The notes under the pieces are model-generated. The model was not told where the DNA came from. It did no database searches and saw only the letters and a list, made by a program, of their open reading frames with translations. The translations under genes were made by a program, and so were the position numbers. A DNA stretch of 64,000 nt from a bacterium (lineage in GTDB: Bacteria > UBA8248). Shown in pieces: positions 20,452 through 29,010 of this stretch. The stretch lies in assembly GCA_965261085.1 (NCBI GenBank), contig OZ253442.1, positions 4,096,001 through 4,160,000 on the forward strand, in the 5' to 3' direction. Each line of letters starts with the position of its first letter. The stretch's first letter is position 1.

Positions 20452-21294
20452 ATGAAACTTCTGACTTATGAATCAGAAACCGGACCGCGCGTCGCCGTAT
20501 TGACGGAAAACGGCGTGGAGGACGTCGTCCCCCAGACCGGCGACGCGGCGGAAGTCATCGCCCGGGGCGGGACGCCCGAGACCAACGGCCGGCCCGTGGC
20601 GCTCGAGTCCATCAAAATGCTCGCGCCGGTGGCGACGCTCGCGCGGCCCGTCATCGCCGTGGGCCTGAACTATAAGAAACACGCCGATGAGGGCGCGCGC
20701 AAATATGGACGCCCGGTGGGCGTCTACCCCGAGATTCCGGTGTTCTTCTGCAAGTGGCCGGGTTCGCACAACAGGCCCGACGGGGAAATCATCCTCCACG
20801 GGAACGTGAATGAGCTCGACTATGAGTGCGAACTCGTCATCGTGATCGGCAAGGGGGGGATCAACATTCCGCTGGAAGAGGCCATGGATCACGTATACGG
20901 CTACACCATCATGAACGAGGTCTCGGCCCGCGACGTGCAGCGCGCCCATAACCAGTGGTTCAAGGGCAAGGCGCTCGACAGCTTCGGTCCCCTGGGGCCG
21001 TGGATCGTCACCAAGGACGAGACGGGCGACGGCAACAACCTGGCCGTGATGTCGCGCGTGAACGGCGAGTCGCGGCAGAACTCGAACACGAACGACATGA
21101 TTTTCGATATCGCCACCGTCGTTTCGACGTTCTCCGAGAGCTGCACGATCCTTCCCGGCGACATGATAGCCACGGGCACGCCCGAGGGCGTGGGCTTCGC
21201 CATGGACCCGCCGGGGCTTCTGAGCGTGGGCGACGTGGTGGAGTGTGAGATCGAGAACATCGGCGTGCTCAGGAGCACCGTCGTCGCGCCGTAA
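20452..21294 (+). CDS. Fumarylacetoacetate hydrolase family protein
   Basis: GLNYKKH, DYECEL, SARDVQ, TGTPEGVG motifs. Confidence 0.93.
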   Translation: MKLLTYESETGPRVAVLTENGVEDVVPQTGDAAEVIARGGTPETNGRPVALESIKMLAPVATLARPVIAVGLNYKKHADEGARKYGRPVGVYPEIPVFFCKWPGSHNRPDGEIILHGNVNELDYECELVIVIGKGGINIPLEEAMDHVYGYTIMNEVSARDVQRAHNQWFKGKALDSFGPLGPWIVTKDETGDGNNLAVMSRVNGESRQNSNTNDMIFDIATVVSTFSESCTILPGDMIATGTPEGVGFAMDPPGLLSVGDVVECEIENIGVLRSTVVAP

Positions 21295-21356
21295 CAAGAC
21301 GCGCGGCGCGCACGTCGGATAGAAAGAAAGCGGGGTTCAGACGGTTCGTTTGGTGA

Positions 21357-21380
21357 CGCCCGGAGTGGGAACTCCGGGCG
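21357..21380. terminator. Perfect hairpin between convergent genes
   Basis: cgcccggagt-ggga-actccgggcg; no clear U-tract. Confidence 0.5.
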
Positions 21381-21389
21381 GATGGAGCT

Positions 21390-21890
21390 TTACGTCAGCG
21401 TTTGTTTGAGGTAGGGCACGAGGCCGCCCGCCTTCACCATGTCCATGATGTGATCGGGCAGGGGTTCGGCTTGTAAGGTCTGGCCCTTCGTCAGGTTCTC
21501 GACCCTTCCCGCAATCGGGTCGACGCGCACGCGATCGCCTTGTTCTATCGAATCCGCATCGGCGCAGATGAGCACGGGCAGGCCGATGCACAGCGAATTC
21601 CTGAAAAAATTCCGGGCGAACGTCCGCGCGATGACCGCGCCCACGCCCGCCTGCTTGATGCCCCGGGGGGCCGTCTCGCGGCTCGAACCGCAGCCGAAGT
21701 TTCCTCCGCCGATTATCACGTCTCCCGCCTGCACGTTTTTGGGGAAATCGGGGTCGACGCCCTCCATCGCGTGAGCGGCCAGTTCCTCATCGGGCAGGCT
21801 CGCATATTTGGACGGCATGATGTAGCCCGTATCGACGTTGTCGCCGAACACCCAGGCGCCGCCCTCTATGGTTTGCGTCTCCTTGCTCAT
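21390..21890 (-). CDS. leuD: 3-isopropylmalate dehydratase/homoaconitase-type small subunit
   Basis: FGDNVDT, NFGCGSSRE, FARNFFRN; ATGA overlap with the large subunit. Confidence 0.88.
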   Translation of the reverse strand: MSKETQTIEGGAWVFGDNVDTGYIMPSKYASLPDEELAAHAMEGVDPDFPKNVQAGDVIIGGGNFGCGSSRETAPRGIKQAGVGAVIARTFARNFFRNSLCIGLPVLICADADSIEQGDRVRVDPIAGRVENLTKGQTLQAEPLPDHIMDMVKAGGLVPYLKQTLT

Positions 21891-23152
21891 GAGATGAACT
21901 CCCTCGGGTCGGCCACGCGGCCCTTGACGGCGCTCGCCGCCACCGTGGCGGCGGAGGCCAGGTATATCGACGCCTCGAGGCTTCCCATGCGTCCCTTGTA
22001 GTTGCGGTTGGCCGAGGAGATGCACACCTCCCCGTCTCCGAGTTGTCCCGGTCCCCTGCCCGCGCAGATGCCGCAGGTGGTGGGCAGGAGCACGCCGCCC
22101 GCGTCGATGAGCGCGCCGAGCGTGCCGTCCGCCATGGCCTTGCTCATGATGTCCTTGCTTGCGGGCGCGATGAGAAGTTGGAGCCCGTGCGCGACCCGCC
22201 TGCCCTTCAAGACCGCCGCCGCCGCCTGCAGATCGAGGAGCTTCGCCCCCGTGCACGAGCCGATGTGCGCGCGGTTCAAGGGAGGCGATTCCACCTCCTC
22301 CACCGGGTAGACGTTGTCCATCCTGTGGGGACACGCCACCTGGGGCGATAAATCGGTCAAGTCGTATTCATAGGATTCGGCGTAGGTTGCATCCGGGTCG
22401 GAGCGCACGGCCTCCCAGCCGTCTTCCACGCCTGCGTTTTTGAGATATTCCGCCGTCGCCTCATCCACGTCGATGATGGAACTCTTGGCGCTGAACTCCG
22501 CCGCCATGTTGGAGAGCGTCATGCGGTCCTCCACGGGCAGCGCCATGAGCGCCTCGCCCTCGAACTGGAGCACCTTGTATTCCGCCCCGTCGACTTTCAA
22601 GTCCTTGAGCGCGAGCAGCGCCATGTCCTTTCCGTAAATCCCAGCGGGAACCCGGCCCTTGAAGTGGACCCGTATCGTCTCGGGCACGCGGAGCCAGACT
22701 TCTCCCTTCGCGAGCACGCCGATGCTCTCCGTCGGCCCTATCGCCACGCCCAGCGCGCCCAGCGCCCCCGTGTTGGTGGTGTGGCTGTCCGTGCCGGTGA
22801 CGAGAACCCCCGGACGCACGAAGCCTTTCTCGGCCATGAGGATGTGGCAGATGCCCTCTGCGTCGTAAAAATGAGAAAGTTCCTGCTCGGCCGCCCAGGC
22901 TCTGGTGACGTTCAGCACCCTGGACTGTGAATCGTCGGTGGGCGGGTTATGGTGATCGGCCGTGAGCATGAAGCGATTCTTGTTCCAGATGGGAAGACCC
23001 AGTTCGGCGAAGTCCTTGCCCATGCGGAACGGCCCCTGGTTGTCGTGCATGACGTGGGCGTCTACCTTCGCCCATACGATGTCGCCCACGTCTACGCGCT
23101 CGCGCCCGCTGGCGCGGGCCAGTATTTTCTGCGTGGCGGTATCCCCGGACAA
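21887..23152 (-). CDS. leuC: 3-isopropylmalate dehydratase/homoaconitase-type large subunit
   Basis: DSHTT, IGSCTG, CGICAG, NRNYKGRMG; TTG start after aaggag. Confidence 0.88.
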   Translation of the reverse strand: MSGDTATQKILARASGRERVDVGDIVWAKVDAHVMHDNQGPFRMGKDFAELGLPIWNKNRFMLTADHHNPPTDDSQSRVLNVTRAWAAEQELSHFYDAEGICHILMAEKGFVRPGVLVTGTDSHTTNTGALGALGVAIGPTESIGVLAKGEVWLRVPETIRVHFKGRVPAGIYGKDMALLALKDLKVDGAEYKVLQFEGEALMALPVEDRMTLSNMAAEFSAKSSIIDVDEATAEYLKNAGVEDGWEAVRSDPDATYAESYEYDLTDLSPQVACPHRMDNVYPVEEVESPPLNRAHIGSCTGAKLLDLQAAAAVLKGRRVAHGLQLLIAPASKDIMSKAMADGTLGALIDAGGVLLPTTCGICAGRGPGQLGDGEVCISSANRNYKGRMGSLEASIYLASAATVAASAVKGRVADPREFIS

Positions 23153-23315
23153 GACGTTCTCCTTCAATATGGGGGTGCGGAAACGCGATAGTCTTGTATA
23201 CTCGTCTTGTCGCATACTATCGGACGAGAATCAAGACTAGAGGATTTGAGAGAAAATAGCCGGAGACAAGCAAATCGACCGCAAGGCGTTTTTCAAGGAA
23301 GGCCCGCTCTCTTTT

Positions 23316-23864
23316 ATGCGCTCCTTCATGCAGGGGATGCACCAGGGGGAAACGAGAATCCAGCGATCGACGCTCGAAGGGCCTGTCTTGCGCCCGCCGG
23401 GCGCGGCGCTGGAAGCCGATTTTCTCGACCTTTGCACGGGCAGCGCGCAATGCGCGCTCGCGTGTCCGGCCGACGCCATTCTCATGCTCCCCCGCGAGGA
23501 CGGCTCGGGCCTCGAAGCGCCCCGCATCATCCCCGTGGACGGAGCCTGCGTGGTTTGTGACGATCTCTCCTGCATGAAGGTCTGCCCCACGGGAGCGCTC
23601 ACCCTCGTGCCCCGCGAGAAGATTCGCGTCGGCCTGGCCGAGGTGAACCACGAGACGTGTTACTCCTGGAACAAACAGGATGAGGAGTGCAACTACTGCG
23701 TGACGCGCTGCCCCATCGGGGAGAGCGCGATACGCATCGAGGAGCGAGAAGACGGAAAAGGCCCCGTCATCGGAGAGGCCTGCGTGGGCTGCGGCACCTG
23801 TGAGCAGCACTGCCCCGAATACCCGGGCGCCGTGCGCGTGTTTCCCATCCCCGAATCCGCCTGA
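23316..23864 (+). CDS. 4Fe-4S multicluster ferredoxin (NapG/MauM-like)
   Basis: LRPPGA motif and four Cys clusters; true start may be upstream near 23256. Confidence 0.85.
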   Translation: MRSFMQGMHQGETRIQRSTLEGPVLRPPGAALEADFLDLCTGSAQCALACPADAILMLPREDGSGLEAPRIIPVDGACVVCDDLSCMKVCPTGALTLVPREKIRVGLAEVNHETCYSWNKQDEECNYCVTRCPIGESAIRIEEREDGKGPVIGEACVGCGTCEQHCPEYPGAVRVFPIPESA

Positions 23865-23940
23865 ACCGACCTGCCCGAAGACACCCGCATCCTTCTGCGG
23901 GATAGGGAATGCCGATTCCGCCGCCGGTGCGCGGTGCGGA

Positions 23941-24441
23941 TCAGGAAAATTCCTCTCTCAGGATTTCGTGGATGAACCGCTGAACGGCGAGGGGGTAGAA
24001 CCGGATGTCCGGCGTGCGGACCACGGCGGTGTCCGTGGTTTCCAGGCGCGCGAGTTCGTTCAGCACCTTTTCCGCCAGAACCTCCGGGCTCCACTCGTGA
24101 TGGGTGATTTTCAAATGCTCGTTCTCGATGTTGAAATTTCCCGCCGCGACGGCGGGAAACGCGAACACGCGGCCGATGAGGTCGGAATCCATCATTTCGG
24201 AATCCTTGAAAATCTCCCCGAACGTCTTCTGCGCCTCGGTGGGCGTCCACACCAGTTTGGGAGACACCAGGAGCTTGCCGGAGATCTGCACCGAACCCGC
24301 CTGCTCTTTCATCTCCGGCCCCAGCACCCGGTAGCCGAGTTCATGATAGCCCGACACGATGCCCAAGTAAGGCCTCTGGATGATGCGGATTTCTTCGCTC
24401 ACCTGCCTGTGAAAATCGCGCTGCATGTCGTCGTCGAACAT
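23941..24441 (-). CDS. Hypothetical protein
   Basis: Clean ORF with ggag RBS downstream of the hem operon; no recognised motif. Confidence 0.65.
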   Translation of the reverse strand: MFDDDMQRDFHRQVSEEIRIIQRPYLGIVSGYHELGYRVLGPEMKEQAGSVQISGKLLVSPKLVWTPTEAQKTFGEIFKDSEMMDSDLIGRVFAFPAVAAGNFNIENEHLKITHHEWSPEVLAEKVLNELARLETTDTAVVRTPDIRFYPLAVQRFIHEILREEFS

Positions 24442-24562
24442 CGAAACGTCTCCGTCAGGACTGAAAACCCCAAAACACAAGCTGACGTTGATACCAAATG
24501 CCGCTGCGCCCGGTCAAACAACACCGTCCCGAAAACAGGATCACCCATTCTCTTCTTTTTTC

Positions 24563-25999
24563 TTAAGGATTGGTAGTCCGCAAGTCATTGAGAATTTTAT
24601 CCGCCGCCTCATTCGCGGATTTCACGCAATCGGGAATCCCCACACCCCGATAGGCGTTGCCGGCCAGGGCCAGACCCGGCATAGCCTCAAGTTCGTTATC
24701 GATGCGCCGTACTTTCTCCAGGTGACCCACCAGATAATGCGGCAGTGATTCCTCGTAGCGATAAAAGACTTTTCCTTCGGGCTCCCCGGAAATCCCCAGA
24801 ACAGGCCGAAGCTCATCGGTGAGCTTGCGGGTGAGTTCCGCGTCCGTGAATCTCGAGAGAGAATCGCCCTCGCCTCCGGCGAACGCGCGAATGAGCACTT
24901 TTCCCTCGGGCGCTCTTCCGACGAACTTCGTGCTCGAAAACGAACACGCCAGGAGCGTTTTATTCTCTATCGCGGGCGCCACGAAACCCATGGCGTCGAG
25001 CGGATTCGCCACCTGCCCGGCGCGATAGGTCAGGTTGAGCGTCGCCAGAGAGCCGCTGGGTATGCTCATCAGTTCCCCCGAGATAGTGGGCGATATCTTC
25101 TCCAGCATCCGCCCCGAAGCGCGAGGCGGCAGGGTGACGCAAACCGCATCGGCATCCACCTCCTCACCATCCTGTAGGCGAACGCGCCAGCCTTTTTCTT
25201 TTTTCTCGAGCGCTTCCGCCCGGCAGCCTGCCCGAACCGAGGCGGCGGAAATCTTCTCCGCCAGGGCGTCCACCAGCACGCCCATGCCGCGCTCGAAACT
25301 GACGAACAGGCCATACCTCGGGCCGCTCGCCGAGACGCCCTCGCCCGAACCTCTTTTCCGCATCCGTATTCTGAGTCCCAGGATAAGGCTCCCGTGCTCG
25401 CGCTCTATCTCGTGAAACTGCGGCATGGTGGCTTTCAGGCTCAGCTTTTCGGGGTCTGCCGAGTAAATACCCGCCACCATGGGCTGGGCCATTCTCTCGA
25501 GCGCCTCGCGCCCGAAGCGCCTGCGCACGAAATCGGCCAGGGATTCATCCGCATCCCCCTTCCGGCGGGGCAGAAGAACGTCCATCGCCATCCTGAGCTT
25601 GCCCAGCGGACTGAAAATGGGCGACATCAGGAACGGGCCGATTTGGTACGGCGCCAAAAGATAATACCCCTGTGGCACGGGCAGCAGATTATCACCCCTC
25701 AAGACGAAGCTGCGCCGGTAACGCTCGTTCGTACTGATGATCTCATTTTCAAGCCCCAGTTCTTTGCAGAGTTCGACGCCCTCGGGTTTTGAGGTGAGAA
25801 AACAATCCGGGCCTTTCTCCATCAGGACGCCATCGACGAATTCGGTCTCTATGACGCCGCCGAGCCTGGGTGACGCCTCGATGAGATGGATTTCGAGAGA
25901 GAGATTTTGCGCTTCGGAGGCCTGGAGGAGCCGGTAGCAGGCGGTAAGCCCCGTAACACCCCCGCCAAGCACGACCACCCGCCTGACGCGGGAGGTCAA
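24563..25999 (-). CDS. hemY: HemY-type protoporphyrinogen/coproporphyrinogen oxidase
   Basis: GGGVTGL FAD motif, EKGPDCF, GVGIPDCV; coupled to hemH. Confidence 0.93.
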   Translation of the reverse strand: MTSRVRRVVVLGGGVTGLTACYRLLQASEAQNLSLEIHLIEASPRLGGVIETEFVDGVLMEKGPDCFLTSKPEGVELCKELGLENEIISTNERYRRSFVLRGDNLLPVPQGYYLLAPYQIGPFLMSPIFSPLGKLRMAMDVLLPRRKGDADESLADFVRRRFGREALERMAQPMVAGIYSADPEKLSLKATMPQFHEIEREHGSLILGLRIRMRKRGSGEGVSASGPRYGLFVSFERGMGVLVDALAEKISAASVRAGCRAEALEKKEKGWRVRLQDGEEVDADAVCVTLPPRASGRMLEKISPTISGELMSIPSGSLATLNLTYRAGQVANPLDAMGFVAPAIENKTLLACSFSSTKFVGRAPEGKVLIRAFAGGEGDSLSRFTDAELTRKLTDELRPVLGISGEPEGKVFYRYEESLPHYLVGHLEKVRRIDNELEAMPGLALAGNAYRGVGIPDCVKSANEAADKILNDLRTTNP

Positions 26000-26958
26000 T
26001 TTCCACTCCCCGTCATTTTGGCGCGAATCAGTTCAGAGAGCATGTGTATGAAGGCGGGGTGCGTGCCCACCGTGGGCGCGCGGTAAAAGCGAAGCCCCGC
26101 CTGCTCGGCGGCTTCTCGGGCCTCGATGTCCAAATCGAAGAGCACCTCCACGTGATCGCAAATGAAGCCGATCGGAACGAGCAGGACGGCCTCTGCGCCA
26201 CCGGCGGCGACGCCCTCGATCACATCCACCACGTCGGGCCCGAGCCACGTGCCGGGGGGCGCATCCGGACTGCTCTGGAAACCGACCTCATAGCCTCTCA
26301 AGCCCAACTTTTGCGCCACCAAAGCCGCCGTCTCCCGAAATTCCTCCTCATAAGAAGAGGCCTTGGCCATCGAAACAGGAATCGAATGGGCCATAAAGAT
26401 GACCTTGGCGCCCTCCAGGCCACCTTCTTCCGGGACGGCTTGCCTTATCCTCTCGGCGATGGCGTCGATGAAGCCTGGATGCCGGTGCCAGGGCGTTTCC
26501 AGGAATTCGGTCTCGGGCGCATCGCCGCCCAATTCTTCACGCGCCGACGCCACGGCTCCCCGGTAGGCCTCCCAGCTTATTTTCGTGCGGTGCGGCGCGA
26601 GTATGACGCCCAGGGCGCGGCGCAAGCCGCGCCGGCCCATCTCGGCCAGCGTCTCTTCCACGTATGGCGTCCAGAACCGGTAGCCCGTGTAGACGGGAAC
26701 GCCCACGCCCGCCTGCTCCAGCGCCATTTCGAGCGCGCCCGCTTGTTTTTGAGAAAAAAACGTAAACGGCGAGACGCCGCCGAAATACTTATAATGCGCG
26801 GCCACCTCCCGGATGCGTTCGGGGCCACCCGACCTCTGTCCGACGATGCCTTCCACGTAGCAATACGCCTCGCCCGGGCATTCCTCGTAGCGGCGGCAAC
26901 AACCCCGCGTGGGGCCGCCGAAGCCGATCATGATGATGGAATCAAACTCGTCCTTCAT
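25996..26958 (-). CDS. hemH: Ferrochelatase
   Basis: GGVSP, MAHSIP, WLGPD, PIGFICDHVEVLFDLD. Confidence 0.93.
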   Translation of the reverse strand: MKDEFDSIIMIGFGGPTRGCCRRYEECPGEAYCYVEGIVGQRSGGPERIREVAAHYKYFGGVSPFTFFSQKQAGALEMALEQAGVGVPVYTGYRFWTPYVEETLAEMGRRGLRRALGVILAPHRTKISWEAYRGAVASAREELGGDAPETEFLETPWHRHPGFIDAIAERIRQAVPEEGGLEGAKVIFMAHSIPVSMAKASSYEEEFRETAALVAQKLGLRGYEVGFQSSPDAPPGTWLGPDVVDVIEGVAAGGAEAVLLVPIGFICDHVEVLFDLDIEAREAAEQAGLRFYRAPTVGTHPAFIHMLSELIRAKMTGSGN

Positions 26959-28019
26959 TCGGCCCCCGCTTCCCATTCCTGAACGAACGCAACCAGTCTC
27001 TTGACGTTGTCGACCGGAGTGCCCGGCAGAATCCCGTGCCCGAGATTAAAGACGTGTCCCGGACGCCCGGCCCCCTGGCGCAGGATGTCCTCCGCTCGCT
27101 CAAAAATCTGCTCAGGCGCTGCGAACAAAACGCACGGGTCGAGGTTTCCCTGAACCCCCATATCGCCCAGACTCTCCCGGGCGCTGGAAAGTTCCACGCG
27201 AAAATCGACCCCCACTACGTCGCCGCCCGCTCCGGCGAACGCTTCCAGATAGGGCGCCGTTCCCGTGCCGAAGTGGATGACGGGCGCGCCTTCTGAGATC
27301 CCCGCAATCAGCGCGCGGCTGTGCGGTAGGACGAACTCCCTGAAATCCCCGGGCGAGAGACAACCCACCCAGCTATCAAAAATCTGCACCGCCTGCGCGC
27401 CTGCGCGAATCTGTTCGTTCAGATAGACGGTCAACCCCCGCACCAGCTTTTCCATCAGCGCATGCCACGCGCCCGAATCAGCATACATGAATTTTTTGGT
27501 GTTCTCGAAATTGCGCGAGCCGCCACCCTCGATCATGTAGGAGGCGAGCGTGAAGGGCGCGCCGCAAAAGCCGATGAGCGGAAGCGCGGGATTCATCTGC
27601 TCCCTCGTTTTGCGGACCGCCTCGAAGACAAAACCAAGGCTCTCGCGCGGCTCCGCCTCTCTTAAGCGCTCCACGTCCGCCGCCGATCGAACCGGGTTGT
27701 GGAGAACGGGACCTCCCTCCAAGTATTCCAGGCCCATGCCCATCGGCTGCAAGATGAGCAGAATGTCGGAAAACAGGATGGCGGCGTCCGCACCGATTTC
27801 ATCGAGCGCCGTGATGGCGACTTCGGCGGCCAGATCGGGCGTGCGGCAAAGATCGATGAAGGAGACTTTTTCGCGAACGGCGCGGTACTCGCGCATATAT
27901 CTGCCCGCCTGACGCATGAGCCAGATGGGCGTCCTGGCGTTGGGCAGTCCCCGGCAGGCGCGCATGAAGGCGGAATCCGCATACGTGGGCGCGTTTCCCG
28001 GCGATGATTGCGCCGACAT
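26955..28019 (-). CDS. hemE: Uroporphyrinogen decarboxylase
   Basis: PIWLMRQAGRY, AILFSDIL, FNLGHGI. Confidence 0.97.
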   Translation of the reverse strand: MSAQSSPGNAPTYADSAFMRACRGLPNARTPIWLMRQAGRYMREYRAVREKVSFIDLCRTPDLAAEVAITALDEIGADAAILFSDILLILQPMGMGLEYLEGGPVLHNPVRSAADVERLREAEPRESLGFVFEAVRKTREQMNPALPLIGFCGAPFTLASYMIEGGGSRNFENTKKFMYADSGAWHALMEKLVRGLTVYLNEQIRAGAQAVQIFDSWVGCLSPGDFREFVLPHSRALIAGISEGAPVIHFGTGTAPYLEAFAGAGGDVVGVDFRVELSSARESLGDMGVQGNLDPCVLFAAPEQIFERAEDILRQGAGRPGHVFNLGHGILPGTPVDNVKRLVAFVQEWEAGAE

Positions 28020-28207
28020 GGAACCCCTCCCGTAAAACGTATGAGAACCCGTCCTCCCGGGCGGGCCAGATGAGCCAGTCTAATCCAAAAAGCGCGCGCG
28101 CGCCTATCGGGCGAGCCGTATGAACATCAAGAGGAAGAGCGCCGCTCGCTGGACAAGGTCGCTTGAGGTAGGATAATAAAGATTCTTGATTTCGGGCATC
28201 ATGCCCC

Positions 28208-28282
28208 GGCGCCATAGCCAAGTGGTAAGGCAGAGGACTGCAAATCCTTTATTCCCCGGTTCAAATCCGGGTGGCGCCTCCA
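28208..28282 (+). tRNA. tRNA-Cys (GCA)
   Basis: ggcgcca acceptor stem, D-arm gccaagtggtaaggc, anticodon loop ctgcaaa, T-loop ttcaaat, U73 plus CCA end. Confidence 0.97.
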
Positions 28283-28307
28283 ACTTCCCACGTAGGGAGA
28301 CCATTCG

Positions 28308-28943
28308 ATGGAGCAAACGACGACTGCGCCGAAGATAGAAACCAAAAAAGAGCTTCGCGAGTACTACGGCCCGCCCAACGAGCGCAGCGCCAAGAAGCAG
28401 ATGGCGAAACTCGACGAACACGCGAAGAATTTCATCGCTCTGTCTCCGTTCATGGTCATCTCCTCCGCCACGGCGGAAGGTGCGGACGCATCCCCCAAGG
28501 GGGACCCGCCCGGGTTCGTCAAGGTGATCGACGACAACACCCTGCTCATCCCCGACAGACCGGGCAACAACCGCGTCGACACCATGAGCAACATCGTGGA
28601 GAACAACCACGTCGGCCTGCTCTTCCTGGTGCCCGGCATGTGCGAGACCCTGCGCGTGAACGGGCGCGCGCGCATCACGACGGACCCTGAAGTCCTCGAA
28701 CCGCTCTCGATGAAGAGCAAGCTCCCCGTGTCGGGAATGATCGTCGACGTGGACGATGTGTATCTACACTGCGGAAAGGCCCTGCTCCGCGCAGACCTCT
28801 GGGCCCCGGATAAATACATCGACAGAAAATCGTTCCCCTCGATGGGACAGATGCTCGCTGATCAGATAGACGAAGACGGTTACGATGACGGAAAGGAACT
28901 CGACAAGGGCATTCAGGCGAGATACAGGACGGACCTCTATTAA
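28308..28943 (+). CDS. Pyridoxamine 5'-phosphate oxidase-like split-barrel protein (MSMEG_1061-like)
   Basis: ADASPKGDPPGFV, PDRPGNNR, ETLRVNG, YLHCGKA. Confidence 0.88.
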   Translation: MEQTTTAPKIETKKELREYYGPPNERSAKKQMAKLDEHAKNFIALSPFMVISSATAEGADASPKGDPPGFVKVIDDNTLLIPDRPGNNRVDTMSNIVENNHVGLLFLVPGMCETLRVNGRARITTDPEVLEPLSMKSKLPVSGMIVDVDDVYLHCGKALLRADLWAPDKYIDRKSFPSMGQMLADQIDEDGYDDGKELDKGIQARYRTDLY

Positions 28944-29010
28944 ACGCAACCGGGGCGGACACACGCTCACCGCTCCAAATCGCAGTCCCGCCCTCTCCGG
29001 TCGGAACCGC

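Noticed and set aside
23247-23249. In-frame TGA upstream of the ferredoxin as selenocysteine
   Set aside because: Not in a Cys-like motif and no SECIS-like hairpin follows.
28208-28282. tRNA-Cys as an integration site for the phage-like block
   Set aside because: No duplicated tRNA 3' end or integrase seen, and it lies 22 kb from the block among housekeeping genes.
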